From: Spirochaetia bacterium
GTDB lineage: Bacteria; Spirochaetota; Spirochaetia; UBA9216
NCBI GenBank assembly: GCA_965140585.1
Contig: OZ223270.1
Coordinates: 288,001 to 352,000 of the forward strand
Length of the DNA: 64,000 nt
Direction of reading: 5' to 3'
Shown here: positions 9,472-19,572 of the stretch, in pieces
Numbering within the stretch: position 1 is the first letter of the stretch
Layout: each line of letters begins with the position of its first letter
Notes under the pieces: generated by a model
Told to the model about the DNA's origin: nothing
Database searches by the model: none
What the model saw: the letters and a program-made list of their open reading frames with translations, nothing else
Program-made: the position numbers and the translations under genes

Positions 9472-10302
9472 ATGAACAAAAACTGGGGCTCCGATAATTT
9501 ACTGATAGGCCAGATGGCCAGAATGCATAATATCTCACCGAAAATGCTGCGCTATTGGGACAGGATTGATGTGCTAAAACCCGCAGTAACCAATGAAATT
9601 AACGGCTACAGGTATTATACCACCAGACAGTTCCATACACTTAATTTCATAGTCTATATGCGCTCAATGGGTCTTTCATACAAGGAAATTAAAAATTACC
9701 TTAAAAACGACCATCACAACAGCCTGATTGAACTTCTTGATTCACAGATTGATATTAGCGAAAAACGAATACTGGAACTTCAGACTACACAGACAATGCT
9801 CAAGGGACTGAAATCAGAGATTGAGAATGCTCTGGATGTGAAGCAGGATGAGGCGGTCAGACTTGAACGGAGAAAGGCCAGACAGATTATTCGGATGAAG
9901 GGTGAAATCAAAACCAGGGTCGAGTTTGAAAAACTGGTATACAGTCTTCGAAATAAAATTGAGAACAAACCTCATATTCTGATGCCGAAGGTTGGATTGT
10001 TCCTTGATCGGGAAGAATTTAAAAATGGAAATTTTGACGTATTCAGCGGAATCTACATTCTTAAAGAAAACTACAACACCTCCCCCGGGCTTATTGCAAG
10101 CCTGCCGGCCGGAGACTACGCATCAATCACTTTCTGGGGACGGACTGAAGAATCTGAAAATCAGTTTGCCAAACTGGTTGATTTTCTGGATCGGAACAAT
10201 CTTCAGATGAAGGATGATGTTATACGCTGTGTAGTTGCTCCCGGTATGCATGAGGACGAGCGTGGTCATCTGGCTCAGATTGCTGTCAGAGTTTCTGACT
10301 GA
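9472..10302 (+). CDS. MerR family activator with GyrI-like effector domain (BmrR/BltR-like)
   Basis: IGQMARMHNISPKMLRYWD and NGYRYY HTH, coiled coil, LPAGDYA C-terminal domain. Confidence 0.9.
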   Translation: MNKNWGSDNLLIGQMARMHNISPKMLRYWDRIDVLKPAVTNEINGYRYYTTRQFHTLNFIVYMRSMGLSYKEIKNYLKNDHHNSLIELLDSQIDISEKRILELQTTQTMLKGLKSEIENALDVKQDEAVRLERRKARQIIRMKGEIKTRVEFEKLVYSLRNKIENKPHILMPKVGLFLDREEFKNGNFDVFSGIYILKENYNTSPGLIASLPAGDYASITFWGRTEESENQFAKLVDFLDRNNLQMKDDVIRCVVAPGMHEDERGHLAQIAVRVSD

Positions 10303-10304
10303 AA

Positions 10305-11030
10305 CTATTCCCAGGGCGTTTTAGTTTTTCGTCTTACAACAATCTCATCTATAACAGCATTACCCTTCATTTTCAGCAGAAAGCCTACTGATGCCGCAAT
10401 ATCTTCAGGCTGAATCATTTCCGATGTGTCAATATCAGGCCTGACAGTTCTTACCATATCGGTATCAACCCCGCCCGGCAGCACTGCATGAACACGGATA
10501 TTGGTTTTAGATAAATCACGGGCTGTTGATTTTGTCAGGCCGTAGAGAGCATGCTTTGATGCTGAATATAAAACCTGATTCTCATAACCCTTCTGTGAAA
10601 CAATTGAACAGATATTTATTATAAAACCGGGGTCTGCCTTCTTCAGATAAGGGATTGCTTCCTGAATCAGAAAAAAGGGAATTTTTGCATTTATATTCAT
10701 CACACGATCCCATTCCTCTGAAGAATATCCGCCGACAGGCTTTGCCATTGTAATTCCAGCATTATTTACAAGCAGATCCAGCCTGCCGAACTGTTCAACA
10801 GAAGCTCTTACTATATCAGCACAGTCAGAAACCTCAGCAAGCTCAGCCTCCCGTATAAAGACATCCGCTTTATCTTCTGAAGAAAGTGATTCAAAAACCT
10901 TAGCCTTGGTTTCTTCAAGCCTGGCTGCATTTCTTCCTGTAAGAAAGAGACTGTATCCCTGGGAAGCTGCTTCTACTGCTATAGCCCTTCCTATACCGCC
11001 CGAAGCCCCGGTAATAAGTGCAGCCTTCAT
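10305..11030 (-). CDS. Short-chain dehydrogenase/reductase
   Basis: TGASGGIG, NNAG and YSASK motifs. Confidence 0.92.
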   Translation of the reverse strand: MKAALITGASGGIGRAIAVEAASQGYSLFLTGRNAARLEETKAKVFESLSSEDKADVFIREAELAEVSDCADIVRASVEQFGRLDLLVNNAGITMAKPVGGYSSEEWDRVMNINAKIPFFLIQEAIPYLKKADPGFIINICSIVSQKGYENQVLYSASKHALYGLTKSTARDLSKTNIRVHAVLPGGVDTDMVRTVRPDIDTSEMIQPEDIAASVGFLLKMKGNAVIDEIVVRRKTKTPWE

Positions 11031-11491
11031 TTCTTAAGTACATCCATAGCCTTCGAAACAGTATCTCCAGGCTTAACCTTATACCAGGCTTCTAAAATTT
11101 TACCATCGGGATCAACAAGAAAGGAAGATCTGATGATACCGAAATACTTTTTACCATACATACTCTTCTCTCCCCAGACATTGAATGCCTCTGCAACTGT
11201 ATGCTCTTCATCAGCGAGAAGAGGAAATCCAAGTTCGTATTTTTCATCAAATTTTTTCTGTTTCACAGGCGCATCCGGACTTATACCGACGGCTTTACAG
11301 CTTAGTTTTGAAAAGTCATCACGGGCCTCACTGACGGCACAGCTCTGGGTTGTACAGCCGGAAGTCATGGCTTTCGGATAAAAGTACACAAGCAGGTAAC
11401 TTCCTTTAAAATCTTTAAGTTCAACTGTATTTCCGTCCTGATCAGAAAGTGAAAAATCGGGGCACTTATCCCCTGCTTTAAGTTTATCCAT
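11027..11491 (-). CDS. bcp: Thioredoxin-dependent peroxiredoxin Bcp
   Basis: YFYPKAMTSGCTTQSC and GIIRSSF motifs. Confidence 0.92.
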   Translation of the reverse strand: MDKLKAGDKCPDFSLSDQDGNTVELKDFKGSYLLVYFYPKAMTSGCTTQSCAVSEARDDFSKLSCKAVGISPDAPVKQKKFDEKYELGFPLLADEEHTVAEAFNVWGEKSMYGKKYFGIIRSSFLVDPDGKILEAWYKVKPGDTVSKAMDVLKK

Positions 11492-11492
11492 T

Positions 11493-12671
11493 TTATTCTC
11501 CTGATATTCTTTTAAATTCCTGTTTTATATAAACACCTATCTCCGAACCGGTGCAGATAAAAACAGCAAATTCCCGGCCGGCATCATTCGTGATATTTTC
11601 CTGATACCGGATCTGTGAATGAAGCCACAGAAAATCAGCCAGCTCTGCAGCCTTCTCAGACCTCAAAATAACAGACAAATCCATTCCGGTTTCATCTGCA
11701 AAATCACGAGCCATAGCTTCAACTGCGTACGACCTCGGCCAGGCTGTCAGTTCATCTCGCACCAGAGTAACATCTGCCGGTATCAGCTCTGCATCAACAC
11801 CGAAAAAGAAATCTGAATCACCCTCCCAGACACCATACGCACCTGAAGGTTCAATATATTCAGATTCTGCCCCGATGCCGGTTTCTGACCCACCTGAACC
11901 TTCTCCGGCATTCTGTATAAACCCGAAGTAGATTACCAGCCCGGCCGCTATAACAAAGGTAATAATAAAATTGACCCGCATCAACTTTCTTATTCCTGAT
12001 GAAGGCTGGATATTCTTAATGTTCTCACGAACCTCTTTAGGGAATACAGTTTCGGCTATGCTTTCAGAGGATCTAATCTCTATCCCCTTACTCTCAAGTT
12101 TTTCTGTAAATGCGGCAGGGGCTTCAGGTGTGATAATATAATAGCCGTTTACAGCATTCAGAATAACAGCGTCTGAGCCAGCATTAACGCCGTAGCTGCG
12201 GATATCAATCGGACCGCCCCGCCGAATCTCACTCATAATCGGGGCTACCGACATAAAACCGGTTACCTCTCCATATGATTTTGATGCTTTAATCCATTTA
12301 AAAAACTCAAGCCCCTTCTCCGCCTCAACCACAGGCCTGTAGAGATTCTCCAGAAACCCCCTCAGCTCTTCCCTGCTGACTGCAGACACCCACTTGATAT
12401 CAGCAAACTCAAGTTCCCGCTTCGTCATTCGGGTTTTAAGAATCAGGCTGTATTCTCCGACTCCGTATTTCCGGCTTCCCGGCAGATGCTGAAGCCCGAA
12501 AGCAAGCAGCAGAAGTAAACCGAACGCACTAACCGCAATACCTTCCACAGTATGTGATGTCAAAATCGCCATTACCCCCATCAGGGGAAAAAGCAGAATG
12601 CCCAGAAACATCGGCAGCAGCCTGGCTATCCGGTAACGGGCGGGAAAGTAATCGAAGCTATATTGTTCCAT
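11493..12671 (-). CDS. Hypothetical membrane protein (possible bacterial PH-like domain)
   Basis: 392-aa ORF with two N-terminal TM segments and one internal TM; in operon with bcp and the SDR. Confidence 0.6.
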   Translation of the reverse strand: MEQYSFDYFPARYRIARLLPMFLGILLFPLMGVMAILTSHTVEGIAVSAFGLLLLLAFGLQHLPGSRKYGVGEYSLILKTRMTKRELEFADIKWVSAVSREELRGFLENLYRPVVEAEKGLEFFKWIKASKSYGEVTGFMSVAPIMSEIRRGGPIDIRSYGVNAGSDAVILNAVNGYYIITPEAPAAFTEKLESKGIEIRSSESIAETVFPKEVRENIKNIQPSSGIRKLMRVNFIITFVIAAGLVIYFGFIQNAGEGSGGSETGIGAESEYIEPSGAYGVWEGDSDFFFGVDAELIPADVTLVRDELTAWPRSYAVEAMARDFADETGMDLSVILRSEKAAELADFLWLHSQIRYQENITNDAGREFAVFICTGSEIGVYIKQEFKRISGE

Positions 12672-12756
12672 ATCTAAAATATTAGATATCCGTACTGCAA
12701 AAATAAATAGCTGCAGAACTTCTTTTTACTGTTTTATTTTCTTATATCCCGAAAAA

Positions 12757-14370
12757 TTACAGCTTCTCAAGCTCGGAATTCAGCTGTTTCATCTGCTCAA
12801 TATTCTGCTTTCCAATCTCTTCAAGTCCGGCAGCCTCGCTTACTATTTTTTTTCCAATCTCTGTGAGAACGGCTATATGCTCCTTGGTTTCACCGCAGGA
12901 ATCAGAGATATTCTTAACCGACTTATCACTTAGTACAATATCCTGCTCCATACTGTCCAGAGCCTTCAGCACATCCTCATTTGACTGTAGCAGATGTTTT
13001 ACAGATGTTGTTATTATTGTAGTTCCGGAGGAAAGCTCCTTCATGCTTCCGACAATCTCTCTCAGAGAGTCGCCGACATTCATTACCTCATCAATAATTT
13101 TATTAAACACCAGTTTAAGTTCATTTATTGACTGGTTTGATTCTTCAAAATACCTGTTGTTGTTTTCCAGACTCTTCTTAACAGCATCCGAGTTCTGACC
13201 GGTTTCCTCGGACAGTTTTCTTATTTCCTCGGCAACAACAGCAAAACCGCGGCCGGCATCACCTGCATGAGCCGCTTCAATGGCAGCATTCATGGCAAGA
13301 AGGTTCGTCCTGCTGGAAATTGATTCAATTACTTCGATTATTTCTAGAATTTCCTTTGATGATTCGGACAGCTTTTTAATGGAATCAATTGACTCATCCA
13401 GCCTTTCGCCGCCCTCTATTGAAGAATCTTTAAGCTCCGCGAGGATTTGAAGCCGCTGCTCTGCTGCACTGCTGATAAATGAAATTTGATCTACAATCTG
13501 ATTTGCAGAGCTGCTTGAATCGGAAACAGCCCTGGTCTGAATATCCATTCGTTCCCGAACCTGTTTCTCTGAAACTGAAATCTTCCTGTTTGACTGCCCG
13601 GTTTCCACAGTCGAAGAAAAAAGCACTTCTGAGGTTCTTGTCAAATCCTGAATATCAGAAGAAAGTTCCTCAGTTACCTTACTTGTATTTTCAGCCGCAA
13701 GAAGAAGCCTTTCTCCGATATTGAATGTAGACTTCATAGAGCCTACTATCCGGTTAAGCTGTGTATACCCTTTGGCAGTATTGTCACGCTCTTTTTCTAT
13801 GAGGGATATCGACTTCAGCTGCATTCTAAATACCATAGTGGCAAAAAGAGCTGCTACAAAAAGAAAGGCAACAGCTATTACAAAGGAACCGTAGTCCGCT
13901 TCAGTCCCCTGATTTCTCAGCATAGGCATCATCATAGTAAAAAAGAAAAAAACCTCTCCTACAAGGCCTATTCCGGCTATAGTTATCATCTGCCACAGGT
14001 GATAGGACATTAAAGGAGCTACACAGATGATGGATATTGTATAGGTTGAAAACACATATAAATCATCCAGTTCAGTATGCTCCTGCATCATAAAAAGACC
14101 GAAGGCAGCCAATATAAAAAGAAACACACTAACAGTACTACTGATTTTATAAAAACCTTTGAATATCAAAAGTATATTTACACCAAGTAAAAGGGTAACA
14201 AAGAACTCACCTCCGGCAATTTTATAATCACCGGACACCACCCTGATAACTGAAAAGAGAAGGAAAAATATACCAAGTATAAAGTTTATCCGGTACAGAG
14301 TTACTACTTTTTCCTGAAAATTTTCACTCTCATTCTTATAAATCGATTTTAACCTGACTGAAACATTCAT
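12757..14370 (-). CDS. Methyl-accepting chemotaxis protein with multi-TM sensor
   Basis: [32 protein letters not shown] signature. Start moved to ATG 14370, which follows GGGGAG. Confidence 0.92.
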   Translation of the reverse strand: MNVSVRLKSIYKNESENFQEKVVTLYRINFILGIFFLLFSVIRVVSGDYKIAGGEFFVTLLLGVNILLIFKGFYKISSTVSVFLFILAAFGLFMMQEHTELDDLYVFSTYTISIICVAPLMSYHLWQMITIAGIGLVGEVFFFFTMMMPMLRNQGTEADYGSFVIAVAFLFVAALFATMVFRMQLKSISLIEKERDNTAKGYTQLNRIVGSMKSTFNIGERLLLAAENTSKVTEELSSDIQDLTRTSEVLFSSTVETGQSNRKISVSEKQVRERMDIQTRAVSDSSSSANQIVDQISFISSAAEQRLQILAELKDSSIEGGERLDESIDSIKKLSESSKEILEIIEVIESISSRTNLLAMNAAIEAAHAGDAGRGFAVVAEEIRKLSEETGQNSDAVKKSLENNNRYFEESNQSINELKLVFNKIIDEVMNVGDSLREIVGSMKELSSGTTIITTSVKHLLQSNEDVLKALDSMEQDIVLSDKSVKNISDSCGETKEHIAVLTEIGKKIVSEAAGLEEIGKQNIEQMKQLNSELEKL

Positions 14371-14504
14371 AAATTTCTCCCCCAGAAAAATTATAGGATA
14401 TCTGAAAGAGAATATAAACACAAAATTAATTTTTATGCCTAAATAAATTTATAAAAACAGATTAAAAGATTGACAATTTTCATGGTTAAAGAGATCCTAA
14501 GAGA

Positions 14505-15791
14505 ATGAAAAAATCATTACTCCTGACTAAGATTTTAACCCTTATTTTAGTAATTACACTTAATATTTTCCTATTACAATATATCAGGAATAATCTAAAC
14601 CTCACCGTCAGTGACATTAATAATGAGTCACTAATACACATCTCCGATCAACTGAACTCTCAGATCGGGTTCATGCATAATCTTACTTCCGCTGTATTTG
14701 AAACAGCGGTTATACCGGCAGTATCAGGAATTCCAGCCGGTTCCGAAAGCCGACTGAACAGTGAATGTGAGCGGATTTTCAGCAGCCTGAATGAGTATAT
14801 GATTTCAGGGATAAAGATCAGTTATGGAAACTCCAGCCTGCATTTCGGAGAAACTCCTTCATCCGGCAGCAGTCTGCTTATAGCAGACAGTTTTTCAGCC
14901 CGGGGAGCCTCAGCAGATATAACTGCAGAGTTTTATTATCCTCTGGAAAATCTGCTTACAGATATTTCCGGTGTTACAGGCATCACAGTTTTAAAAAACA
15001 CTTCGGATTCCGGGCTTCCTGATGAGCTGACTGAATTTACCAGTGAGATAATACAGTCGGCGGAGAGCGGCAGTCCTGCTGCCATGAGCACAAACGAAAC
15101 CGAAGGCCTGGTTATATTACCTCTTGAAAAATATTCAGGAGTCAGGGACTCGGTTCTCATAGCTGAAATCAGTAATCCATCACTGGCTCTGCTGTATCAC
15201 AACAGTAAAATAATACTGATACTACTTATAGTAATATTTATTACTATAACTGCATTTATCATGTTTATACATATAAAACAAAGAATCGTAAAAGATCTCA
15301 TTGCTCACGATCCGCTTACCGGAGCCTTTTCAAGAATGCAGATATTCAACCTTCTTAAGGGGGAATATATCCGTTCAAAAAGATACGGAACACCAGTATC
15401 GATAATTCTATTTGATATAGATCATTTTAAACAGTTAAACGACAAATACCACAAGACTACAGGAGATTCCATTCTGCAGATTTTCAGTAAAACAATAATG
15501 AAAGATCTCAGAACAACAGATCATTTCGGAAGAATCGGCGGAGACCAGTTTATGCTATTACTGCCGGAGACAGACAGGGACGGAGCATACCAGCTGGGGA
15601 AGCTCACTCTTGAACGCATTCACCAGACAAGTTTTCCTGAAATAGGGAAACTGAGCTGTAGTATGGGAATCGGCGAAATCAGCGAATCCGACTCCAGCCT
15701 TGATGCTTTTATAGACAGAATAGAATCCGGTCTCTATCTGTCAAAACAGACAAGAAGAGACCAGATTACTGTAGTAGCCTCAATTTCTTAA
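14505..15791 (+). CDS. Membrane-bound GGDEF-domain protein (variant GGDQF active site)
   Basis: DPLTGA, DIDHFK, RTTD...GRIGGDQF; two TM segments. Confidence 0.85.
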   Translation: MKKSLLLTKILTLILVITLNIFLLQYIRNNLNLTVSDINNESLIHISDQLNSQIGFMHNLTSAVFETAVIPAVSGIPAGSESRLNSECERIFSSLNEYMISGIKISYGNSSLHFGETPSSGSSLLIADSFSARGASADITAEFYYPLENLLTDISGVTGITVLKNTSDSGLPDELTEFTSEIIQSAESGSPAAMSTNETEGLVILPLEKYSGVRDSVLIAEISNPSLALLYHNSKIILILLIVIFITITAFIMFIHIKQRIVKDLIAHDPLTGAFSRMQIFNLLKGEYIRSKRYGTPVSIILFDIDHFKQLNDKYHKTTGDSILQIFSKTIMKDLRTTDHFGRIGGDQFMLLLPETDRDGAYQLGKLTLERIHQTSFPEIGKLSCSMGIGEISESDSSLDAFIDRIESGLYLSKQTRRDQITVVASIS

Positions 15792-15796
15792 AACAG

Positions 15797-17065
15797 CTAG
15801 AAACCTGCCTTAAGGCTTTCCTGATCAATAATAGTTTTATATTCAGATTCCATTTCCATCATGCCGGCAGGAAAACCGTAGCCTTCCATTCTTTCCATGA
15901 ATGGTTCTGATGGAAAACATTCCGGACCCTTAACACCGCTGCCGGTCCAGAGCCCTTTAGCAACAAGCTCCATCATTATTACAGGGTTGAATGCGGTCTG
16001 GGCAACAACGGCCTGGCTGCCGTACTTGTCCATACAATCCTTGTTATCCACAAGCTGATAAATATAAACGCTTCGTTCTTTGCCGTCTTTAAGGCCCTTT
16101 ACCCATAATCCGGCGGAAAGCTGGCCTTTCATCCGATCACCGATAGTTGCAGGGTCCGGAGCACAGGCGGCTACTACATCACGTGGAGAGACCTCAACAC
16201 CTTTGACCATCACCTTTTCGGTTTTATCAAGGCCAAGCGCTTCTAGAGTCTTAAGAACACGCCTCATGTCACGATCTACTCCGAATTTGAATGTCGCACG
16301 CTTAAGGCCCTTATTTGCAAAGGTTCTAGGGAGCATCAGAACTTCTTCATGCTCAACATTGATAACCTCCTGTTCACCAACAGGCTCTGGAAATCTGAAA
16401 ATTTCAGGCTCTGAAAAAGACTCAGTAACAAACCAGCCCTTATCCTTTTCCCATATAACGGGAGGATTGAGACATTCTTCTATAGTAGTCCATATTGAAA
16501 AACCAAATGCGACATCCAAACCTTCAACTTCAAGGTTATCAGCATCCCTTACATTCAGTTCATGTATTTCATCAAAAAGATATTTATCAGCATAATTTGC
16601 AAAAACATTCACCATTCCCGGTTCAACACCCGATCCGCAGATAGCCAGACAGCCCTTTTTAACCCAGTTATCATTCTCAGCATATTGAAGGTCTCCCAGC
16701 TTTAGAGCTGCTTTTCCATAAGGATCTTCCTTATCCCTCTCGGAAAGACTCATAGCCATATCCATATAGGTACAGCCTGATTCATAGGCTGCGTTGAATA
16801 TCGGCATATTGAAAACCGGATCACAGGCATTCATAATAAAATCAACCTTATGTTTTTCAGCCAGTGCCTTAATCTTTTCTTTATCAGAAGCATCAATCTG
16901 CTCAGCAACAAATCTTTTGTCCATAGACGCAACATCCGCCGCTCTCTGTTCGTTATAGTCGCTTATTACCATAAGCTCCATCCATTCCGCCTGTGCGTCA
17001 TTCTTGGAAATAATTGAAGCAATTGCACTTCCTACTCCGCCTGCACCAACAAGTAATACTCTCAT
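15797..17065 (-). CDS. Saccharopine dehydrogenase family protein (carboxynorspermidine dehydrogenase-like)
   Basis: GAGGVG Rossmann motif, GSGVEPG, EHEEV. Confidence 0.8.
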   Translation of the reverse strand: MRVLLVGAGGVGSAIASIISKNDAQAEWMELMVISDYNEQRAADVASMDKRFVAEQIDASDKEKIKALAEKHKVDFIMNACDPVFNMPIFNAAYESGCTYMDMAMSLSERDKEDPYGKAALKLGDLQYAENDNWVKKGCLAICGSGVEPGMVNVFANYADKYLFDEIHELNVRDADNLEVEGLDVAFGFSIWTTIEECLNPPVIWEKDKGWFVTESFSEPEIFRFPEPVGEQEVINVEHEEVLMLPRTFANKGLKRATFKFGVDRDMRRVLKTLEALGLDKTEKVMVKGVEVSPRDVVAACAPDPATIGDRMKGQLSAGLWVKGLKDGKERSVYIYQLVDNKDCMDKYGSQAVVAQTAFNPVIMMELVAKGLWTGSGVKGPECFPSEPFMERMEGYGFPAGMMEMESEYKTIIDQESLKAGF

Positions 17066-17118
17066 TATCTACCCCTTTTGTTTGTTTGCTTGTGCAAACA
17101 ATATATAAGTTAAAAAAA

Positions 17119-17715
17119 CTAACTCAACTGCTTAATGCAGTAGTCTGTGAACATTTCCTTCAATACCGAGGCAGCAGCATCAAGTTCCTGCTTGTCTCTG
17201 GTAACGGTATTATAATAACTGAGGCCTTCCATTATCGCGATAAGGGCGCTTGCCAGTTCATCAAACTTACCGGAATTACTACCACCGAAAACAGCCTGCA
17301 TCTCGGCAACGACTGCTTCTTTATCCCTTTTATACAGATCAGTAAAGATTTCTTTCACATGATCGTTTCTAAGGCTCAGATTAAAGACATCAAACCAGAC
17401 ACGGTCATCTACAATCTGTCTTGAGTATTCCCAGAAACGGGCATCGAGAACTGCTGAAAATCTTTTTTCCGGAGACTCAAAGCGGCTGAAATCAAGCATA
17501 AGAAATTCATCATAAGCTTCGACCATGTAATCGGCAAGAGAACATATAATTTCTTCTTTGGAATCAAAATAATGTGTCAGAAGACTTGTAGCTACGCCCA
17601 TGCTCTCCGCAATCTTGGCAAGAGTTGTATTCTCAAGACCTTCCCGTTTTACAACTTCATAGGCGTGCTCGAGGATTTCAGGCTTTCTTTGTTCGGCTTT
17701 GCTTTTTCTACCCAT
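17119..17715 (-). CDS. TetR/BetI-like transcriptional regulator
   Basis: TetR HTH TTLAKIAESMGVATSLLTHYFDSKEE. Start moved to MGRKSK at 17715. Confidence 0.88.
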   Translation of the reverse strand: MGRKSKAEQRKPEILEHAYEVVKREGLENTTLAKIAESMGVATSLLTHYFDSKEEIICSLADYMVEAYDEFLMLDFSRFESPEKRFSAVLDARFWEYSRQIVDDRVWFDVFNLSLRNDHVKEIFTDLYKRDKEAVVAEMQAVFGGSNSGKFDELASALIAIMEGLSYYNTVTRDKQELDAAASVLKEMFTDYCIKQLS

Positions 17716-17730
17716 AATATTTTCAGTAAT

Positions 17731-17752
17731 AAATTGAATGACCGTACAATTT
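17731..17752. promoter_or_regulatory. Palindromic TetR autoregulatory operator candidate
   Basis: AAATTGAATGACCGTACAATTT directly downstream of a minus-strand TTGACA-17-TATTAT promoter. Confidence 0.55.
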
Positions 17753-17839
17753 ATAATAAGCCTGCAGTATAAAGTTGTCAAGCTACCCGAATATAATTAC
17801 AATTAAATTATAAAAAAACAACCCTTATGGAGGAAATCA

Positions 17840-18079
17840 ATGGATTTTAAAACGGAACTGCAGAATAAATTTATCTGTTCAAAATGCAGAAGTACCGGTG
17901 GAGCTGTAAAAAGAGTCAGCATGAGCGGCGCAGGGCTTTCCAGACTTGTCAATCTGCAGCACAACACGTTCATCGCTGTTTCCTGCATTAGATGCGGATA
18001 CACGGAATTCTATAATCCAGAGGTCTATGAGGGCAAGAATAATGCAATGAATATTCTGGATTTACTGTTCGGAGTATAA
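17840..18079 (+). CDS. Zinc-ribbon protein (DUF2082-like)
   Basis: CSKC...CIRCGYTEFY; strong GGAGG RBS. Confidence 0.8.
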   Translation: MDFKTELQNKFICSKCRSTGGAVKRVSMSGAGLSRLVNLQHNTFIAVSCIRCGYTEFYNPEVYEGKNNAMNILDLLFGV

Positions 18080-18105
18080 GATAATGTTAAAGGAAGAAAA
18101 CAGAC

Positions 18106-18639
18106 ATGGCATATTATAAAAAAGTTAAGGGAGAACGATGCTACCTCTCACCCATCGATTCTGAAGATTATAAACTATATACGGCATGGTTAAACGATCC
18201 GGAAGTTACCGAAAACCTTACTCTTTCAGACAAGGTAATTACAGAATCCGGAGAAAGGTTAATGCTTGAAACCCTGTCAAAAGAACATTCATATACGATT
18301 GTTCTTAATGAAGGAGATGCACCGATTGGCGTATGCGGATTTCATATACTTGATCAGAGAAACAGAACATGTGAAATCGGTATTTTTATAGGTGAAAAAC
18401 AGCACTGGGGTAAGGGATACGGAACCGAAGCCATACGCCTGCTTATGGGATATGGAATAGACTATCTGAATCTTCACAGCTTTTTGATCTCTGTTTATTC
18501 GTTCAATAAGCGTGGATATAAATGCTATACCGGACTTGGCTTTAAGGAAATCGGTACGAGACGAAAATGTATCCGTCAAAAAGGTGAATACCATGATATG
18601 ATTTACCTTGACATGCTTGCAGAGGAGTTTGAACGCTGA
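18106..18639 (+). CDS. GNAT acetyltransferase (RimJ/RimL/SpeG-like)
   Basis: EIGIFIGE..HWGKGYGTEA motif and N...KCY..LGF motif. Confidence 0.88.
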   Translation: MAYYKKVKGERCYLSPIDSEDYKLYTAWLNDPEVTENLTLSDKVITESGERLMLETLSKEHSYTIVLNEGDAPIGVCGFHILDQRNRTCEIGIFIGEKQHWGKGYGTEAIRLLMGYGIDYLNLHSFLISVYSFNKRGYKCYTGLGFKEIGTRRKCIRQKGEYHDMIYLDMLAEEFER

Positions 18640-18642
18640 AAA

Positions 18643-19572
18643 ATGAAAGATAACAGTCCTGAAATTATCTGCTGCGGACATGCAGCTTACGACCTCAACT
18701 TTATGATTCCTTCATTTCCGGTAGAAGATCAGAAATACCGGATAGACACACTGGTTGAGACTGGAGGCGGCCCGGCGGCAAATGCAGCCTGCCTTATTGC
18801 TAAATGGGGACTTTCATCCGCCTTCGCCGGACTGGTAGGCAAGGATATCTATGGTGATAAAATTCTTATCGAGCTGAAGGACTGGAGTGTAGATACCTCT
18901 CTGGTTGAGCAGCGGGATAATAGCAACACGCCGCTTTCCGCGATTGTGGTCAACACAAGTACAGGAACAAGGACACTTCTAAACCGCCGGGACGAATCAG
19001 AACAGGCTGAGGTTTCAGAACAGCTCATTAAAAAACTATCAGAAATGAACCCGTCAATCCTTCTTTTTGACGGCCATGCGCTTAACCTGAGCCTGAAACT
19101 TATCGAAATGTTTCCGAGGGCGGTTAAGATTATGGATGCAGGAACCCTGCGTAATTCAACTGATACCCTCAGCCGGCTCTCCGACTACATCATCTGCAGT
19201 ACGGCCTATGCCTGCGAACTTGCCGGACTGGAAAATCTTAATACACATATCCTGCAGAAAAAGGCAGTCGATGTTCTTACCGAACGTTATAACGGTTTAA
19301 GTATAATTACCATGGGGAAAAGGGGTTTATGCTACCGGAAAAACAGTGCCGCCATAACCATGCCGTCCTACAGTGTAAAAGCTGTTGATACCACCGGGGC
19401 TGGGGATGTTTTTCATGGAGCCTTTGCTTACGGTATAGCGGAGGGGTTGAATCTACAGAAAAACCTCAGCTTTTCATCGGCCGCCGCGGCTCTTTCAACA
19501 ACAAAACCCGGCGGCAGAACCTCAATACCGGAACTCGAGGAGACTCTTCACCTTTGCAGTTTATCATTCTGA
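18643..19572 (+). CDS. PfkB family carbohydrate kinase
   Basis: GGGPAANAA and DTTGAGDVFHGAF signatures. Confidence 0.9.
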   Translation: MKDNSPEIICCGHAAYDLNFMIPSFPVEDQKYRIDTLVETGGGPAANAACLIAKWGLSSAFAGLVGKDIYGDKILIELKDWSVDTSLVEQRDNSNTPLSAIVVNTSTGTRTLLNRRDESEQAEVSEQLIKKLSEMNPSILLFDGHALNLSLKLIEMFPRAVKIMDAGTLRNSTDTLSRLSDYIICSTAYACELAGLENLNTHILQKKAVDVLTERYNGLSIITMGKRGLCYRKNSAAITMPSYSVKAVDTTGAGDVFHGAFAYGIAEGLNLQKNLSFSSAAAALSTTKPGGRTSIPELEETLHLCSLSF

